Of a DNA stretch of 64,000 bases, positions 32,204 to 42,523 are shown one piece after another. Positions within the stretch are counted from its first letter, which is position 1, and every line of letters starts with the position of its first letter. Source of the DNA: an uncultured Planctomycetaceae bacterium. Lineage in GTDB: Bacteria; Planctomycetota; Planctomycetia; Planctomycetales; Planctomycetaceae. The notes beneath the pieces are model-generated. The model did not search any database and had not been told where the DNA came from. It saw only the letters and a list, made by a program, of their open reading frames with translations. The stretch covers positions 62,001 through 126,000 of the forward strand of contig CAXBME010000014.1 of assembly GCA_963976765.1 (NCBI GenBank). Reading direction: 5' to 3'. Made by a program: the position numbers and the translations under genes.

Positions 32204-33025
32204 ATGCTCGCTAACGCGAGAGTCAACTGGTTGATCCTTAAAACCAGCGTCGAAGAGCGTCTGATTTATCGCGGCGATTTTGCGTTTGCTACCCTCGTCC
32301 GATTTCTGCCGATCGTCACGCAGATCTATCTGTGGGGCGCGATCTTTCGAATCGGAAGTGCGTCGCCACGTGGAGAAATGAATGGCTACCGCTATTCCGA
32401 CATGGTCACGTATTACCTGATCGTGATCGTTGCGCGGGCGTTTTCCAGCATGCCCGGACTGGCCAGTGGAATTGCACGGGACGTTCGCGACGGGACGATC
32501 AAAAAGTATCTGACTCAGCCGGTCGACATGCTGGGATATCTGTTCTGGGCGAGAGTCGCACACAAGCTCGTTTACTACGCAGTCGCGATCGGGCCATTCG
32601 CTCTCGTTTTCTGGCTGTGCCGCGATTATCTGCCCGGCTGGCCGGACGCGTTTACGATCGTCGCTTTCGTCGCCTCATTGTTCCTTGGCTTCCTGTTCGG
32701 ATTCCTGCTGGAAGCTCTGCTGGGACTTGTCGCGTTCTGGTTCCTGGAAGTCAGCTCGCTTCTGTTTATCTACATGATGTTCAACTATTTTCTGTCAGGA
32801 CACATGATCCCTCTCGACTGGCTGGGTGACTTTGGCGTCGTGGTTCAGTACCTGCCGTTTCAGTATCTGGCGTACTTTCCCGCCGCGATCATGCTCGGCA
32901 AGTTTTCGCAGGCTGAACTGATTCGAGAACTCACTCTCGAAGTCTGCTGGGTGCTGGGCCTGCTCATTGCCAACCGAGTGGCGTTCTCGCGCGGAGTCCG
33001 GCGGTACGGCGCGTTCGGTGGCTGA
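32204..33025 (+). CDS. ABC-2 type transporter permease (ABC2_membrane_6-like)
   Basis: Six TM pattern, '[18 protein letters not shown]', 'LSGHMIPLD', '[11 protein letters not shown]', C-terminal RRYGAFGG. Confidence 0.88.
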   Translation: MLANARVNWLILKTSVEERLIYRGDFAFATLVRFLPIVTQIYLWGAIFRIGSASPRGEMNGYRYSDMVTYYLIVIVARAFSSMPGLASGIARDVRDGTIKKYLTQPVDMLGYLFWARVAHKLVYYAVAIGPFALVFWLCRDYLPGWPDAFTIVAFVASLFLGFLFGFLLEALLGLVAFWFLEVSSLLFIYMMFNYFLSGHMIPLDWLGDFGVVVQYLPFQYLAYFPAAIMLGKFSQAELIRELTLEVCWVLGLLIANRVAFSRGVRRYGAFGG

Positions 33026-33174
33026 CCCTGGCGAGCAACGCTCGTGAACCTTTCGCGGCATGCCTGAGTCAGACCGGTCGAGCCCCACCAGCATTTAACG
33101 CCAGCTCGAAAAACTACGTCTTCCCCTGCCCTGAACCGTCGCCCTCCCGGACAGCTCCAACCACACCGAATACA

Positions 33175-34536
33175 ATGCTCAAAAGCTCATCCGACAATCT
33201 GGTCCTGGAAGATTGCTCGACAAGCGCGAGCAACGTCTACGACCGTGTCTTCTGGTTGTGCTACGCCGGAAACCTGCTGATGGTCACCGCCAATGCGATG
33301 ACGTTTCGCTTTGCTGACCTCGTCAGATTTCTTGGCGGGACCGAGACCACGACGGGGGAAATTGTCCAGGTCGGAATGCTCGGCGCGTTATTCAGTCGGA
33401 TATTCCTTGGCCGCGCCCTGGATCGGTACGGAACGCGAATCGTCTGGTGTATCAGCACCGCAATGTTTGTCACAGGTTGTGTCGTCTTCGCCTTGTGCCG
33501 GGACGTGTCGTGGAGTCTTTTCGCCGCGAGAATCGCCTTTGCCGCAGGCGTTGCCGGGATGTCCACGGCAGCGATTCTGCACATCCAGAATCAGGTTCCA
33601 CGAGCCCGTCGAACCGAAGTGGTCGGCAACTTTGGCAGCAGCGGATTCATCGGGATGGTGCTGGGCTCGCAACTGGGCGACCTGATCTTTGCCGTCACGG
33701 CCGAGAACCACTCGCGGTTCTACATCCTCTTTGGTCTTGCCGCACTGATGACCGTGGGGCACGGCGTCCTTGCTGTGATGATCACAAAAGGCGACACCCA
33801 CACTCGCCCGCATGAAACGCCGTGGCCGCATCGCCTGGTGATTCGGTTCTGGCCAGGCCCGATCGTCGCGGTCGCTCTGATGATGGGTGTCAGCTTTACC
33901 GTGACGACCGTGTTCCTGTCTCGAATGGTTGCCGAACGAGGACTCGGCGGCATCGGCACCTTCTTCCTCGGCTATTGTTTTTCGGCGTTCATCTTCCGAG
34001 TCGCGTCGTCGACCTGGGCCGCCAGACTGGGACGACACCGCCTGCTGCTGGTCGGTCTGGCCGGACACGCAGCCGGCCACCTGATGCTGTCTCAGGTGAC
34101 CTCGCAGTGGCAGTTGATCATCCCAGCGCTCACCTGCGGGTTCGGGCACGCGCTGCTGTTTCCTTCCGTCGTGTCGCTCGGCACCGAAACCTTTCCGCGC
34201 GAGTACCGAGGCACCGGCACCACCATCATCCTCGGCTTCACCGAAATCGGAGTCGCTATTTCCGCCCCGCTCCTCGGCTGGATCATCGACACCTGCCGAG
34301 CCTCCGGCTTCGCCGACCCGTTCTCCGCCATGTACTACGCCTCCGCCACCTCCGCCTGCAGCGTCGCCGCCTGCTACGCCTGGTCAACCCGCACGTCGGT
34401 CGACGAATTACTCACTTCGACCGATTCCCCTTCAACACGCCCCGCCGAGGACTTCGCCAGCAACGTCGATGCAGATGATCGAACCCTCACAGCAACACCT
34501 GCCTGCACTGGCGAAGACTCCAATCCGGCGCGATGA
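33175..34536 (+). CDS. MFS transporter
   Basis: Twelve hydrophobic segments; motif A 'GRALDRYGTR'. Confidence 0.88.
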   Translation: MLKSSSDNLVLEDCSTSASNVYDRVFWLCYAGNLLMVTANAMTFRFADLVRFLGGTETTTGEIVQVGMLGALFSRIFLGRALDRYGTRIVWCISTAMFVTGCVVFALCRDVSWSLFAARIAFAAGVAGMSTAAILHIQNQVPRARRTEVVGNFGSSGFIGMVLGSQLGDLIFAVTAENHSRFYILFGLAALMTVGHGVLAVMITKGDTHTRPHETPWPHRLVIRFWPGPIVAVALMMGVSFTVTTVFLSRMVAERGLGGIGTFFLGYCFSAFIFRVASSTWAARLGRHRLLLVGLAGHAAGHLMLSQVTSQWQLIIPALTCGFGHALLFPSVVSLGTETFPREYRGTGTTIILGFTEIGVAISAPLLGWIIDTCRASGFADPFSAMYYASATSACSVAACYAWSTRTSVDELLTSTDSPSTRPAEDFASNVDADDRTLTATPACTGEDSNPAR

Positions 34537-34654
34537 GGCGACGTCAGAAGCGGCTGAGCCGTCACCGTCGAGGCTTTCGATTGCCTGCCCTGAGGATCGC
34601 GTCCATCTTTCCGGACGCATGTTCCTTCAGATTGAAGCCCCACACTCTGCCGGT

Positions 34655-37381
34655 CTATCGGTAGATCGTCAGCCCCCGCTTGACCAACGAATTCAGAGCC
34701 GACACGTCACTCACCTGCGTTCCCTGGAGGTAGAGCATCTGGAGGCTGGTGAGATTGGCCAGTGCCGACACGTCGCTCACCGGCGTGTTGTTGAGCCAAA
34801 GCACCTGGAGACTGGTGAGGCTGGCCAGAGCAGACACGTCGCTCACCCGCGTCTCGCCAAGGTCGAGAGTCTGGATGCCGGTGAGGCTGGCCAGGGCAGA
34901 CACGTCACTCACCTTCGCCCCAGGAAGACTGAGTCTAGTCAATCCGCAGGTCGTTCGATCTGCGGCGAAAGCGTCGCGAAGGTTGTCTGGATTGTCTATG
35001 TGGTCAGATGCCTTCAGGATCTCGCGCCACACACTGGACTTTTCACTTCGGCGGTATTTAGCGATCACAGCGGACGCTGATTCACCCCCGATAAATGCGA
35101 GACATCGGACGCAGGCAACATGTCGCGGCGCCGTCCACGCCGGATTATATTCAAGAAATGGAACCACCAGCTCGCCGGCGGAAGCAAGTTCCTTCGCATC
35201 GCCAATCTTCTTTGGAGGCACGATTTTCTTCAGCCGTTCCGTAACCGTCTGCAATGCGGCACTACCCTTGGGAAACCGTACGGCGGCTTCGGCGCAGGCG
35301 ATGGCAAGGAGATACAGGCGGGCTCGCTGATTCTGCTCCTGATCTCCTCGCTTGATGACACCCAGTACAAGCTGCTCGGCTTCGGATTCGCTGGCGACTC
35401 CGGTTGCCAGAATCAGCACCTCACGCCATTGGTCGCGGTGGGCGTTTGTAATCAGCTCGCCCACGCAGCTTTCGGCGATTGCAGCGTGAGCGGCCAGGTA
35501 CTCCTGAAACGTCCGGTGAGGAAAGTCGATGTGGCCTGGTTCGGGCTGACGCAGAATGCCGGACCGCTCGACAAACAGACGCCGCATCTGAATTCCCGTG
35601 ATGCCCGCCGCGCTGTCACCCATCGACCGCAGCGATTTCTCCAGGCGTTCGTCGGCCTTCGCTTCATCGGCCATCGTCAGGTTGTTACGAATCAGCCAGA
35701 ACGCCAGATCGGCCAGCAGAGTGCGTTTCTGCCGGTCGCCGAGATCCGGATAATCGTCGAGTGATATTTTTCGCTCAGTATCGCGGCGAAAGAACATGTC
35801 GATACAGGCACGGTATAGCTCGATCCGATCCGCCGGTAGATTCTTCACTCGGTCGCGGTGCAAAGCGCACAGCATCGCGCATAACAACGGACTGGTGGCC
35901 AGGCGGTGAATGGCCCGGTTGGACTTCACTGTTTTCAGCAAAGCCTCACTCAACTCGTCAAGTTCGTCTTTTTCCTCGATGGTCTGTACGCCTTCTTTGA
36001 CGGCCTCGTGCCAGTGGCCGATGAAGGCGTGGACGTCGGGCGTGGTCATGTCCTGCAGCTCGGCGTCGAGAAATCCTTCGGACGTCAGCCAGCCTTCCTC
36101 CGCCGCGTAGGGCCGAGACGTGATGACGAAACGCGAGTTCGGATACTCGGCAACCAGCGAGTCGATCCACCGTCGGACGGTCTCCCGGTGCTCTTGCGGC
36201 ATCTCGTCCAGCCCGTCGATCAGCACCAGCGCCCGACCACTTTCAAGCTGCCTCGCGACCCAGCCATTCGGCAAGGATTCAGTGAGCGCCACCCGGTCGA
36301 TCAGGATTGGGAAGATCGATGGCAACGGCAGTTCCTTGCCGGCGAACTCGCGGAGCTTGACGAAGAATGGGACGCGATCGTTCCATTCGGCCAGTGCGCC
36401 GGTGTGGCTGCGCGAGGCCGTCATCACCGCGACCCATTGCAGCAGTGTCGTCTTGCCAGAACCGGCAGGACCACGGACGAACAGCCTTGCGGTGGACGCC
36501 AGCGCTTCGTCGACCGGCACGGTTTCGCGGTTGTCGAAATCGTCGTCGTCCTCATCAGGCGTCTGTTCTGATTCTGTCTGCTGCTCATTCAGGCTTTCAC
36601 GTTCCACCAGAAGCGTCACGTAGGCAACACTCAGCCGGTATCGCTTGCTCGTGCTGGCGACGTCGACGCCGAAGAGTTGCAGTTCGTCCAGGCGGCGGAT
36701 AACCGCTCGGCGGTATTTCTCTTCAAACGCGGCTTCGGTGGCCGAGTCCGTCTGTAGCGACGCTCGAATGCGTGACACTTCTTCGAGAATCAGGTCAGCC
36801 TTGCCGGTAATCTGGTCCTGCCGCAGCAGTACTTCAGAGAGCGTTTTTTCGGTAAAGCTGGGGAACTGACTGCCGAGATCCACGATGTACTGAGCCGCGT
36901 CATACAACAGCCGCTCGTACAGCGTTTTCTGGCCGGCATTGAATCCGCGTGTGGGATCGTTCGGAGGTGCGGCTCCAACGGGGACGGACGGAAGCGTGTG
37001 CTGGTTGAACCACTCGCTGAGCTGGCTGGGTTCCAACGAATGCTTTGCCAGCAGCGAGGCTCCGAATTCAGGATCGCTCACGCAGCGGTTCAGCACTTCA
37101 CCGGCCACGTCCACGACGACTCGCTGCTGAGTTAACGACAGTTCGATGCCGGTCAACTCGACGACTTCGAATGCGTCCTGAGCAACTTTTTCGGCGATAT
37201 CCTCAAACTGCCGAGCGCCGCGGCGGCGATCGATCAGATCCTTCGCCACAGTCCCCATGACATCGATCACGGCACCGGTTGCTCCGAGTGCTTCCGGATA
37301 ATCCTTCAGCCAGCGTTTCAGCGAGCCTTTGGCAATCGCCGTCCCCACGCCGGTCACGAGGCTGGTCAGAATCGGTTCCAT
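34655..37381 (-). CDS. NACHT NTPase with helical N-terminal domain and C-terminal LRRs (bacterial NLR-like protein)
   Basis: Walker A GPAGSGKTT, Walker B LVLIDGLDE, sensor VITSRP, SPLLCAM, winged-helix DFPHRTFQEYLAA; four 22-aa LRRs. Confidence 0.92.
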   Translation of the reverse strand: MEPILTSLVTGVGTAIAKGSLKRWLKDYPEALGATGAVIDVMGTVAKDLIDRRRGARQFEDIAEKVAQDAFEVVELTGIELSLTQQRVVVDVAGEVLNRCVSDPEFGASLLAKHSLEPSQLSEWFNQHTLPSVPVGAAPPNDPTRGFNAGQKTLYERLLYDAAQYIVDLGSQFPSFTEKTLSEVLLRQDQITGKADLILEEVSRIRASLQTDSATEAAFEEKYRRAVIRRLDELQLFGVDVASTSKRYRLSVAYVTLLVERESLNEQQTESEQTPDEDDDDFDNRETVPVDEALASTARLFVRGPAGSGKTTLLQWVAVMTASRSHTGALAEWNDRVPFFVKLREFAGKELPLPSIFPILIDRVALTESLPNGWVARQLESGRALVLIDGLDEMPQEHRETVRRWIDSLVAEYPNSRFVITSRPYAAEEGWLTSEGFLDAELQDMTTPDVHAFIGHWHEAVKEGVQTIEEKDELDELSEALLKTVKSNRAIHRLATSPLLCAMLCALHRDRVKNLPADRIELYRACIDMFFRRDTERKISLDDYPDLGDRQKRTLLADLAFWLIRNNLTMADEAKADERLEKSLRSMGDSAAGITGIQMRRLFVERSGILRQPEPGHIDFPHRTFQEYLAAHAAIAESCVGELITNAHRDQWREVLILATGVASESEAEQLVLGVIKRGDQEQNQRARLYLLAIACAEAAVRFPKGSAALQTVTERLKKIVPPKKIGDAKELASAGELVVPFLEYNPAWTAPRHVACVRCLAFIGGESASAVIAKYRRSEKSSVWREILKASDHIDNPDNLRDAFAADRTTCGLTRLSLPGAKVSDVSALASLTGIQTLDLGETRVSDVSALASLTSLQVLWLNNTPVSDVSALANLTSLQMLYLQGTQVSDVSALNSLVKRGLTIYR
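34694..34940 (-). repeat. Intragenic 66-bp tandem repeats encoding the LRRs
   Basis: gacacgtc(a/g)ctcacc recurs at 34701, 34767, 34833 and 34899 (period 66). Confidence 0.9.
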
Positions 37382-37862
37382 CGTTGTCGGTCCCAGATGT
37401 TCACATTGACGTCGGCATCGTAAATAAACCCGATCCGATAATCCAAACGGCATTTAGTATCGTCGTCATTGACGCAAGTCGGACTGATGATTGATCTGTG
37501 GCGAAGTAACATGTTCGGAATAACTTCCCGGAGCGCACCAGAATTCGTCAGGCAGAGCCAGACTCTGAGTACAGGTCGAGCCATTGATAGAAGGTCTTTC
37601 GTTGGCTGAATCATCAAGCATGAGTCGAATCCGATCGCGACCAGACAACGAGCCAGCGGGCAGCTAGAATCACCCGCTCGCGATAGACGGAAACGTCGTG
37701 CCGCTCACCAGGTGGGACGCACAATTCTGACAGCCATTACTGCCGCCGCATTGCTGGCTTACCAACGCGCAACCTCATGAGTACCACCATCGACCAGACA
37801 GTCAGCGCGCAGCTTCAACTAATCAACGCATCCTCGACAAACCCACAATCCTGTGAGACGAA

Positions 37863-38630
37863 ATGACGCACTCACCAGAGCCGGAATCGGAGTTCATCGC
37901 GCAGCACGGCCACAGTCCTGAAGAAATTCAGAAGCGGCTGGCCGCTCCGAAAGGCCACAGCTATCTCCGCGACTTTGTTTACGGAGCCATCGACGGAACG
38001 GTCACAACGTTTGCCGTCGTCTCCGGGGTCGCCGGTGCCGAACTGGATGCGAGCATCGTCATTATTCTCGGAGCGGCCAACCTGGTCGGTGACGGCTTCA
38101 GCATGGCCGCCGGAAATTATCTCGGGACGCGGGCCGAACAGCAGGAGCGTGAGCGTGTCCGTCAGATGGAAGAGTCTCACATCGAACACTTTCCGGAAGG
38201 CGAACGGGAGGAAATACGGCAGCTGTTTGCGGCCAAAGGATTTGAAGGCGACGACCTGGAACGGGCCGTGAACGTCATCACGTCGGATCGACGTCAATGG
38301 GTCGACACCATGCTGACTGACGAGCACGGCCTGACGCTGAACGGGCCGGAACCATTGAAAGCAGCGGCGGCAACTCTGGTCGCCTTTCTGCTGCTCGGAC
38401 TGCTCCCACTCCTGCCATTTATCACGCATTACGTGAACGGCTCGCCGCCTTCGCCCTACGCTGTCAGCACTATCCTGACGGGGGTAGCATTCTTTCTGAT
38501 CGGCACGGCGAAGTCGCGATTCGTCGAACAATCATGGATACTGGCTGGTCTTGAATCATTGCTGATCGGCGGCAGCGCCGCCGTGCTGGCTTATTTCGTT
38601 GGCGCAATGCTGAAAGGCCTTGGCGTCTGA
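37863..38630 (+). CDS. VIT1/CCC1 Fe/Mn transporter family protein
   Basis: LRDFVYGAIDGTVTTFAVVSGVAG, ANLVGDGFSMAAGNYL, Glu-rich cytoplasmic segment. Confidence 0.93.
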   Translation: MTHSPEPESEFIAQHGHSPEEIQKRLAAPKGHSYLRDFVYGAIDGTVTTFAVVSGVAGAELDASIVIILGAANLVGDGFSMAAGNYLGTRAEQQERERVRQMEESHIEHFPEGEREEIRQLFAAKGFEGDDLERAVNVITSDRRQWVDTMLTDEHGLTLNGPEPLKAAAATLVAFLLLGLLPLLPFITHYVNGSPPSPYAVSTILTGVAFFLIGTAKSRFVEQSWILAGLESLLIGGSAAVLAYFVGAMLKGLGV

Positions 38631-38715
38631 TTCAGGACGTGCGATCGCGCCATGATCAGACCAGTTCATAACCATTATTCAGCCTTCAGCCACTTCCACA
38701 GCAGGATCGCTCACC

Positions 38716-40137
38716 ATGGCAGACGGAAAGTCAATTTCAATTCTGCTCGTCGATGACGAAGACGAATTCCGCGACACGTGCGCGATGTGGATGTCTCGAC
38801 ACGGTCACGAAGTTGCAGAAGCCGCCGACGGCCACGAAGCGCTGCATGCCTGTGTCCGTAAGCACTTCGACGTGGTCGTACTGGATTTGAACATGCCGGG
38901 ACTCTCCGGTCTGGAAGTCCTGGATCGACTTAAGGGAGACGGCGTCGATTCGGAAGTACTTGTGCTGACCGGCGAAGCCACGGTCGACACCGCGGTGCAG
39001 GCGATGAAACTGGGCGCGTGCGATTACCTCAGTAAACCTTTCCCGCTACCGGAGCTGGAAGAACGCTGCCGCATGGCGTTTCAGCAGGGGCTGCTTCGCA
39101 AGGAAAACCAACAGCTCAAGGAAGTGATTCGCCGCTCACGCCCGACCGGTCCAAAGATGATCGGCAATTCGCCACGAATGAAGAAAGTCTTTCAACTGAT
39201 TGATCGAGCAGGGCCAACCGACAGAGCCATTCTGATTCAGGGCGAAAGTGGCACGGGCAAAGAGCTTGTCGCCAAAGCAATTCAGTCAGCCAGCCTTCGA
39301 GCCGACAAACCATTCGTCACCATTAATTGCGCGGCGTTGCCGGAGCAGTTGGTCGAGAGTGAATTGTTCGGTCACGAAAAGGGCTCATTCACTGGCGCGA
39401 CTGACGCGCGACCGGGGCTGTTCGAAGTCGCAGACGGCGGCACACTTTTTATCGACGAGATTGGTGAGTTACCGCTCAGCCTGCAACCGAAACTCCTGCG
39501 AGTACTCGAAGACGGATCCATGCGACGCGTTGGTTCCCACAAAGAACGCCGCGTGGATGTCCGTATCATCACAGCCACAAACCGCGACCTCGCCACCGAA
39601 ATCGCCGACGGAAATTTCCGTGAAGACCTCTACTATCGCATCAACGTCCTGACGGTCGAACTACCGCCGTTAAGAGATCGCGATGGCGACGTTGAACAAT
39701 TGATTGAACACATTCTCGGCAGCAACTGGCACCTGGATGAAGAAGCAAAAAACTGCCTGCTGTCCTATCACTGGCCGGGTAACGTGCGGCAGCTCATCAA
39801 TGTGCTCGAACGGGCCACAATTCTTGCCGACGATGGTGAGATCGCCATCGACGACTTACCACGCGAAATCATCACGTCACCCAGCTGTCCAGACATTGAT
39901 CGAAACTCGATTGATCTCGACGTATCGGATTCTCGAGAACCAGCTGCGTCAGCCAGACCGGACACTTCCTCAAGCATCCGACTGGAAGATCTGGAACGAG
40001 CCCATGTCGTGCAGATTTTACGAGCAAACCACGGCAACAAAGCACAGGCTGCACGTTCGCTGGGAATTCATCGGCGGAAGTTGTACCGAATGCTTGATCG
40101 ATTCAACGTCCAGCCCGAAGAGATTCATTCTCCCTGA
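38716..40137 (+). CDS. NtrC-family sigma54-dependent response regulator (REC-AAA+-Fis HTH)
   Basis: LLVDDE/VLDLNMP receiver, [51 protein letters not shown]. Confidence 0.96.
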   Translation: MADGKSISILLVDDEDEFRDTCAMWMSRHGHEVAEAADGHEALHACVRKHFDVVVLDLNMPGLSGLEVLDRLKGDGVDSEVLVLTGEATVDTAVQAMKLGACDYLSKPFPLPELEERCRMAFQQGLLRKENQQLKEVIRRSRPTGPKMIGNSPRMKKVFQLIDRAGPTDRAILIQGESGTGKELVAKAIQSASLRADKPFVTINCAALPEQLVESELFGHEKGSFTGATDARPGLFEVADGGTLFIDEIGELPLSLQPKLLRVLEDGSMRRVGSHKERRVDVRIITATNRDLATEIADGNFREDLYYRINVLTVELPPLRDRDGDVEQLIEHILGSNWHLDEEAKNCLLSYHWPGNVRQLINVLERATILADDGEIAIDDLPREIITSPSCPDIDRNSIDLDVSDSREPAASARPDTSSSIRLEDLERAHVVQILRANHGNKAQAARSLGIHRRKLYRMLDRFNVQPEEIHSP

Positions 40138-40334
40138 ACTCTGGCAACCGTGACGAATCCGCACACCAGGCAGCCGAAACGTGCGATCGGGCACGCCGGC
40201 ACGCTCCCCCCGTCGACTGGTCCGGTCGCGACGCGCGCGTGTTTTCTTCGGTGACCCGCGAAAATACGAACAGTGGTTACGAAAGCGACTGTTGAGCTCG
40301 CCGGCCAGGTCTCACGGGATGTTCAATTCCAGTC

Positions 40335-40350
40335 TGGCATCGTCCTTGCT
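40335..40350 (+). promoter_or_regulatory. Sigma54 -24/-12 promoter for the USP gene
   Basis: TGGCAT-CGTCC-TTGCT with exact GG-N10-GC spacing, 110 bp before ATG 40460. Confidence 0.8.
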
Positions 40351-40459
40351 CTGTAAGCCTGCTGAGCCACTCGAAGCAGCAGGCTGCTGGCTACGGGTGG
40401 AGCCAGCAGAATCCGGCACAAAGCGTCCCCCCTCGGTTCAGAGTATCAGGAGCAGAGCG

Positions 40460-40915
40460 ATGATTACCTTGAAGAAAATCCTTGTCCCAACAGACTTCAG
40501 CGAACACAGCAACAAGGCTGCTGTTTACGGCGCGGAACTGGCCAGGAAATTCGGAGCAGAGTTGCACTTGATGCACGCCATTGAGGCGACTCCCTTGATA
40601 TACGGTGAGGGTGCGTACGTCGCTCCGGAAACAGAGGCGGAGATCGAAGCCGCGGTGACTGAGCAGCTTGAAAAGCAACTCGCTGGCTCGGCTGAAGGTC
40701 TGACCATCGTTCGCAAGATCGAGCACGGGCACCCCTTCGTCGAAACGATCCGTTATGCCAAAGAAAACGACATTGGGCTGATCGTCGTTGGTACGCATGG
40801 TCGAGGCGCTATCGCGCACATGTTGCTGGGCAGTGTTGCGGAAAAAGTCGTTCGCAAGGCGCCATGCCCGGTTCTGGCAGTTCGCGACAAAGAACACGAC
40901 TTCGTCATGCCATAA
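40460..40915 (+). CDS. Universal stress protein (single domain)
   Basis: KILVPTDFS, LIVVGTHGRG, LLGSVAEKVVRKAPCPVL; AGGAG RBS. Confidence 0.95.
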   Translation: MITLKKILVPTDFSEHSNKAAVYGAELARKFGAELHLMHAIEATPLIYGEGAYVAPETEAEIEAAVTEQLEKQLAGSAEGLTIVRKIEHGHPFVETIRYAKENDIGLIVVGTHGRGAIAHMLLGSVAEKVVRKAPCPVLAVRDKEHDFVMP

Positions 40916-40924
40916 GGAATGAGG

Positions 40925-40972
40925 GCGTCTGGCAAGTTTCAGCCTGCCATCGTGAAACTCGCCACCAGACGC
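40925..40972. terminator. Imperfect hairpin between the convergent USP and cls genes
   Basis: gcgtctgg-caagtttca ... tgaaactcg-cca-ccagacgc; no clear U tract. Confidence 0.35.
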
Positions 40973-41043
40973 ATGTCTTCGCAAAAACGAAGCCGCCCCC
41001 TGCGGAGCTTGTTCTGGCCTGCAAAAATCACAGCCCCGTGCGG

Positions 41044-42483
41044 TTACAGGAACGGAGCGGCCAGTCGCGCGACGCCATTTCGCAATTTTACCGGAAGACT
41101 TCTGCCATTCAGCTGTTCCATTGTTACCAGTTTCGAGCTGGCCTTCTTTAACTCGAAAATCCGATTCAGCCTGCTGGAAAGCTCACGACTGTAACTCTCG
41201 ATATTGAATTCAAAGTTCAGCCGCAGACTGCGGGGATCCCAGTTCGACGAACCCATGAGAACCCATTCGTCGTCAACAATGAGGAATTTGCTATGGTCGA
41301 ACGGCGGAGAAGTTTCCCGGACCTGACAGCCTCGCTCAACAAGTTGCCAAAGCTGAGCATCGCAAGCCCATTGCACCAGCTTTTCGTTGCTCGTTTCTGG
41401 AATGAGAATTTCGACCGACACACCTCGAAGCGCCGCCACATTCAGCGCACTGATAAGCGCCGCGTCAGGAAGGAAATAGGGAGTGACAATCCTTAACGAT
41501 CGTTCCGCGCAATGACACGCTCCCAGCAATGTCAGACGCAGCCGATCCAGTCGCAGGTCCGGCCCTTCCACGATACCTCGCGCAGCACAACTTCCTGTCG
41601 CCGCCAGCTCCCGATACCAGCCGTCTCCCGACAGCTCCTCGTTAGCCGCAAACTGCCAGTCATCCGTGAATGTGTCCTGCGTCTGTTTGACGATTGGCCC
41701 GCTCAGTCGAAAATGCAGGTCTTCCACCGTCACTTCGCCATTGTTCGAAGAGCAACAGCAACTGCGAATGTTCATCCCCCCGGTAAACGCGATCTCGCCG
41801 TCGATCGTCAGAATCTTGCGGTGATTTCTGAGGTTGGCATACCGAAACCGCCGGGGAAGCAGTGGCGGATTAAACGTCTTTACCGGAACGTCTAGAGCTT
41901 CCAGTGTCGTCACGATTGATGAAAACGCGTAGCGGGCTCCGACCGCATCAATCAGCACGCGAACTTCGACGCCGCGTTTCGTCGCTTCTGCCAGTGCCGT
42001 GGCGAACTCAAAGCCAACATCATCCGCGTCGAAGATGTAGGTACTTAATCCGATCGTTCGTTGAGCCGACCGAATTGCAGCCAGCATTACAGGATAAGCC
42101 TGGTCGCCTCCGGACAACGGTTCGATGGAGTTTCCGTATGTCAGCTCTTTACTCGTGACACGTTCAATCAACCTCGCCAGCTGCGCAAGATTTGAGCTGG
42201 TTTCGGGAGGCAACCCGGATGGGCCATCCTTTAATGTCATGAAGCCGTCAGTAGAAGAATGGTCCGTCCGCAACAACCTTGCTCGACGCTCAATTCTGTT
42301 GATGCCAAGCAGCACGTACAGAAACGTCCCCAGAAACGGAGCCAGCCAGATCACTCCAGCCCAGGCAATGGCGGCGCGTGAATCGCGTTTGTAGAGAACC
42401 ACGTGACCCGACGCGAACAACGAAACGGCAACACTGACGGCAGCAATCACAAAGCCAACGATGATTTCAAAAGTGAGCATCAT
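41044..42483 (-). CDS. cls: Cardiolipin synthase (PLD superfamily)
   Basis: N-terminal PLDc_N TM pair; two HKD motifs, RNHRKILTID and FDHSKFLIVD...GSSNWD.RS..LNFE. Confidence 0.92.
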   Translation of the reverse strand: MMLTFEIIVGFVIAAVSVAVSLFASGHVVLYKRDSRAAIAWAGVIWLAPFLGTFLYVLLGINRIERRARLLRTDHSSTDGFMTLKDGPSGLPPETSSNLAQLARLIERVTSKELTYGNSIEPLSGGDQAYPVMLAAIRSAQRTIGLSTYIFDADDVGFEFATALAEATKRGVEVRVLIDAVGARYAFSSIVTTLEALDVPVKTFNPPLLPRRFRYANLRNHRKILTIDGEIAFTGGMNIRSCCCSSNNGEVTVEDLHFRLSGPIVKQTQDTFTDDWQFAANEELSGDGWYRELAATGSCAARGIVEGPDLRLDRLRLTLLGACHCAERSLRIVTPYFLPDAALISALNVAALRGVSVEILIPETSNEKLVQWACDAQLWQLVERGCQVRETSPPFDHSKFLIVDDEWVLMGSSNWDPRSLRLNFEFNIESYSRELSSRLNRIFELKKASSKLVTMEQLNGRSLPVKLRNGVARLAAPFL

Positions 42484-42523
42484 TCGAAATCCACGTCAGA
42501 GAATTCCAGCCAGCGCAGAACGA

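Noticed and set aside
34694..34940. 66-bp periodic repeat as a CRISPR array or DGR template/variable pair
   Set aside because: In-frame coding LRRs with similar 'spacers'; no cas or reverse transcriptase gene in the window, and differences are not adenine-specific.
37382..37862. Gene-free gap upstream of the NACHT gene as an ncRNA, att site or IS remnant
   Set aside because: No tRNA, terminal inverted repeats, target duplication or convincing ORF seen.
40181..40459. N-terminal extensions in the ORF track for USP (likewise tsf, rpsB and the hydrolases)
   Set aside because: The USP extension overlaps the sigma54 promoter; downstream ATGs have an RBS and match family N-termini.
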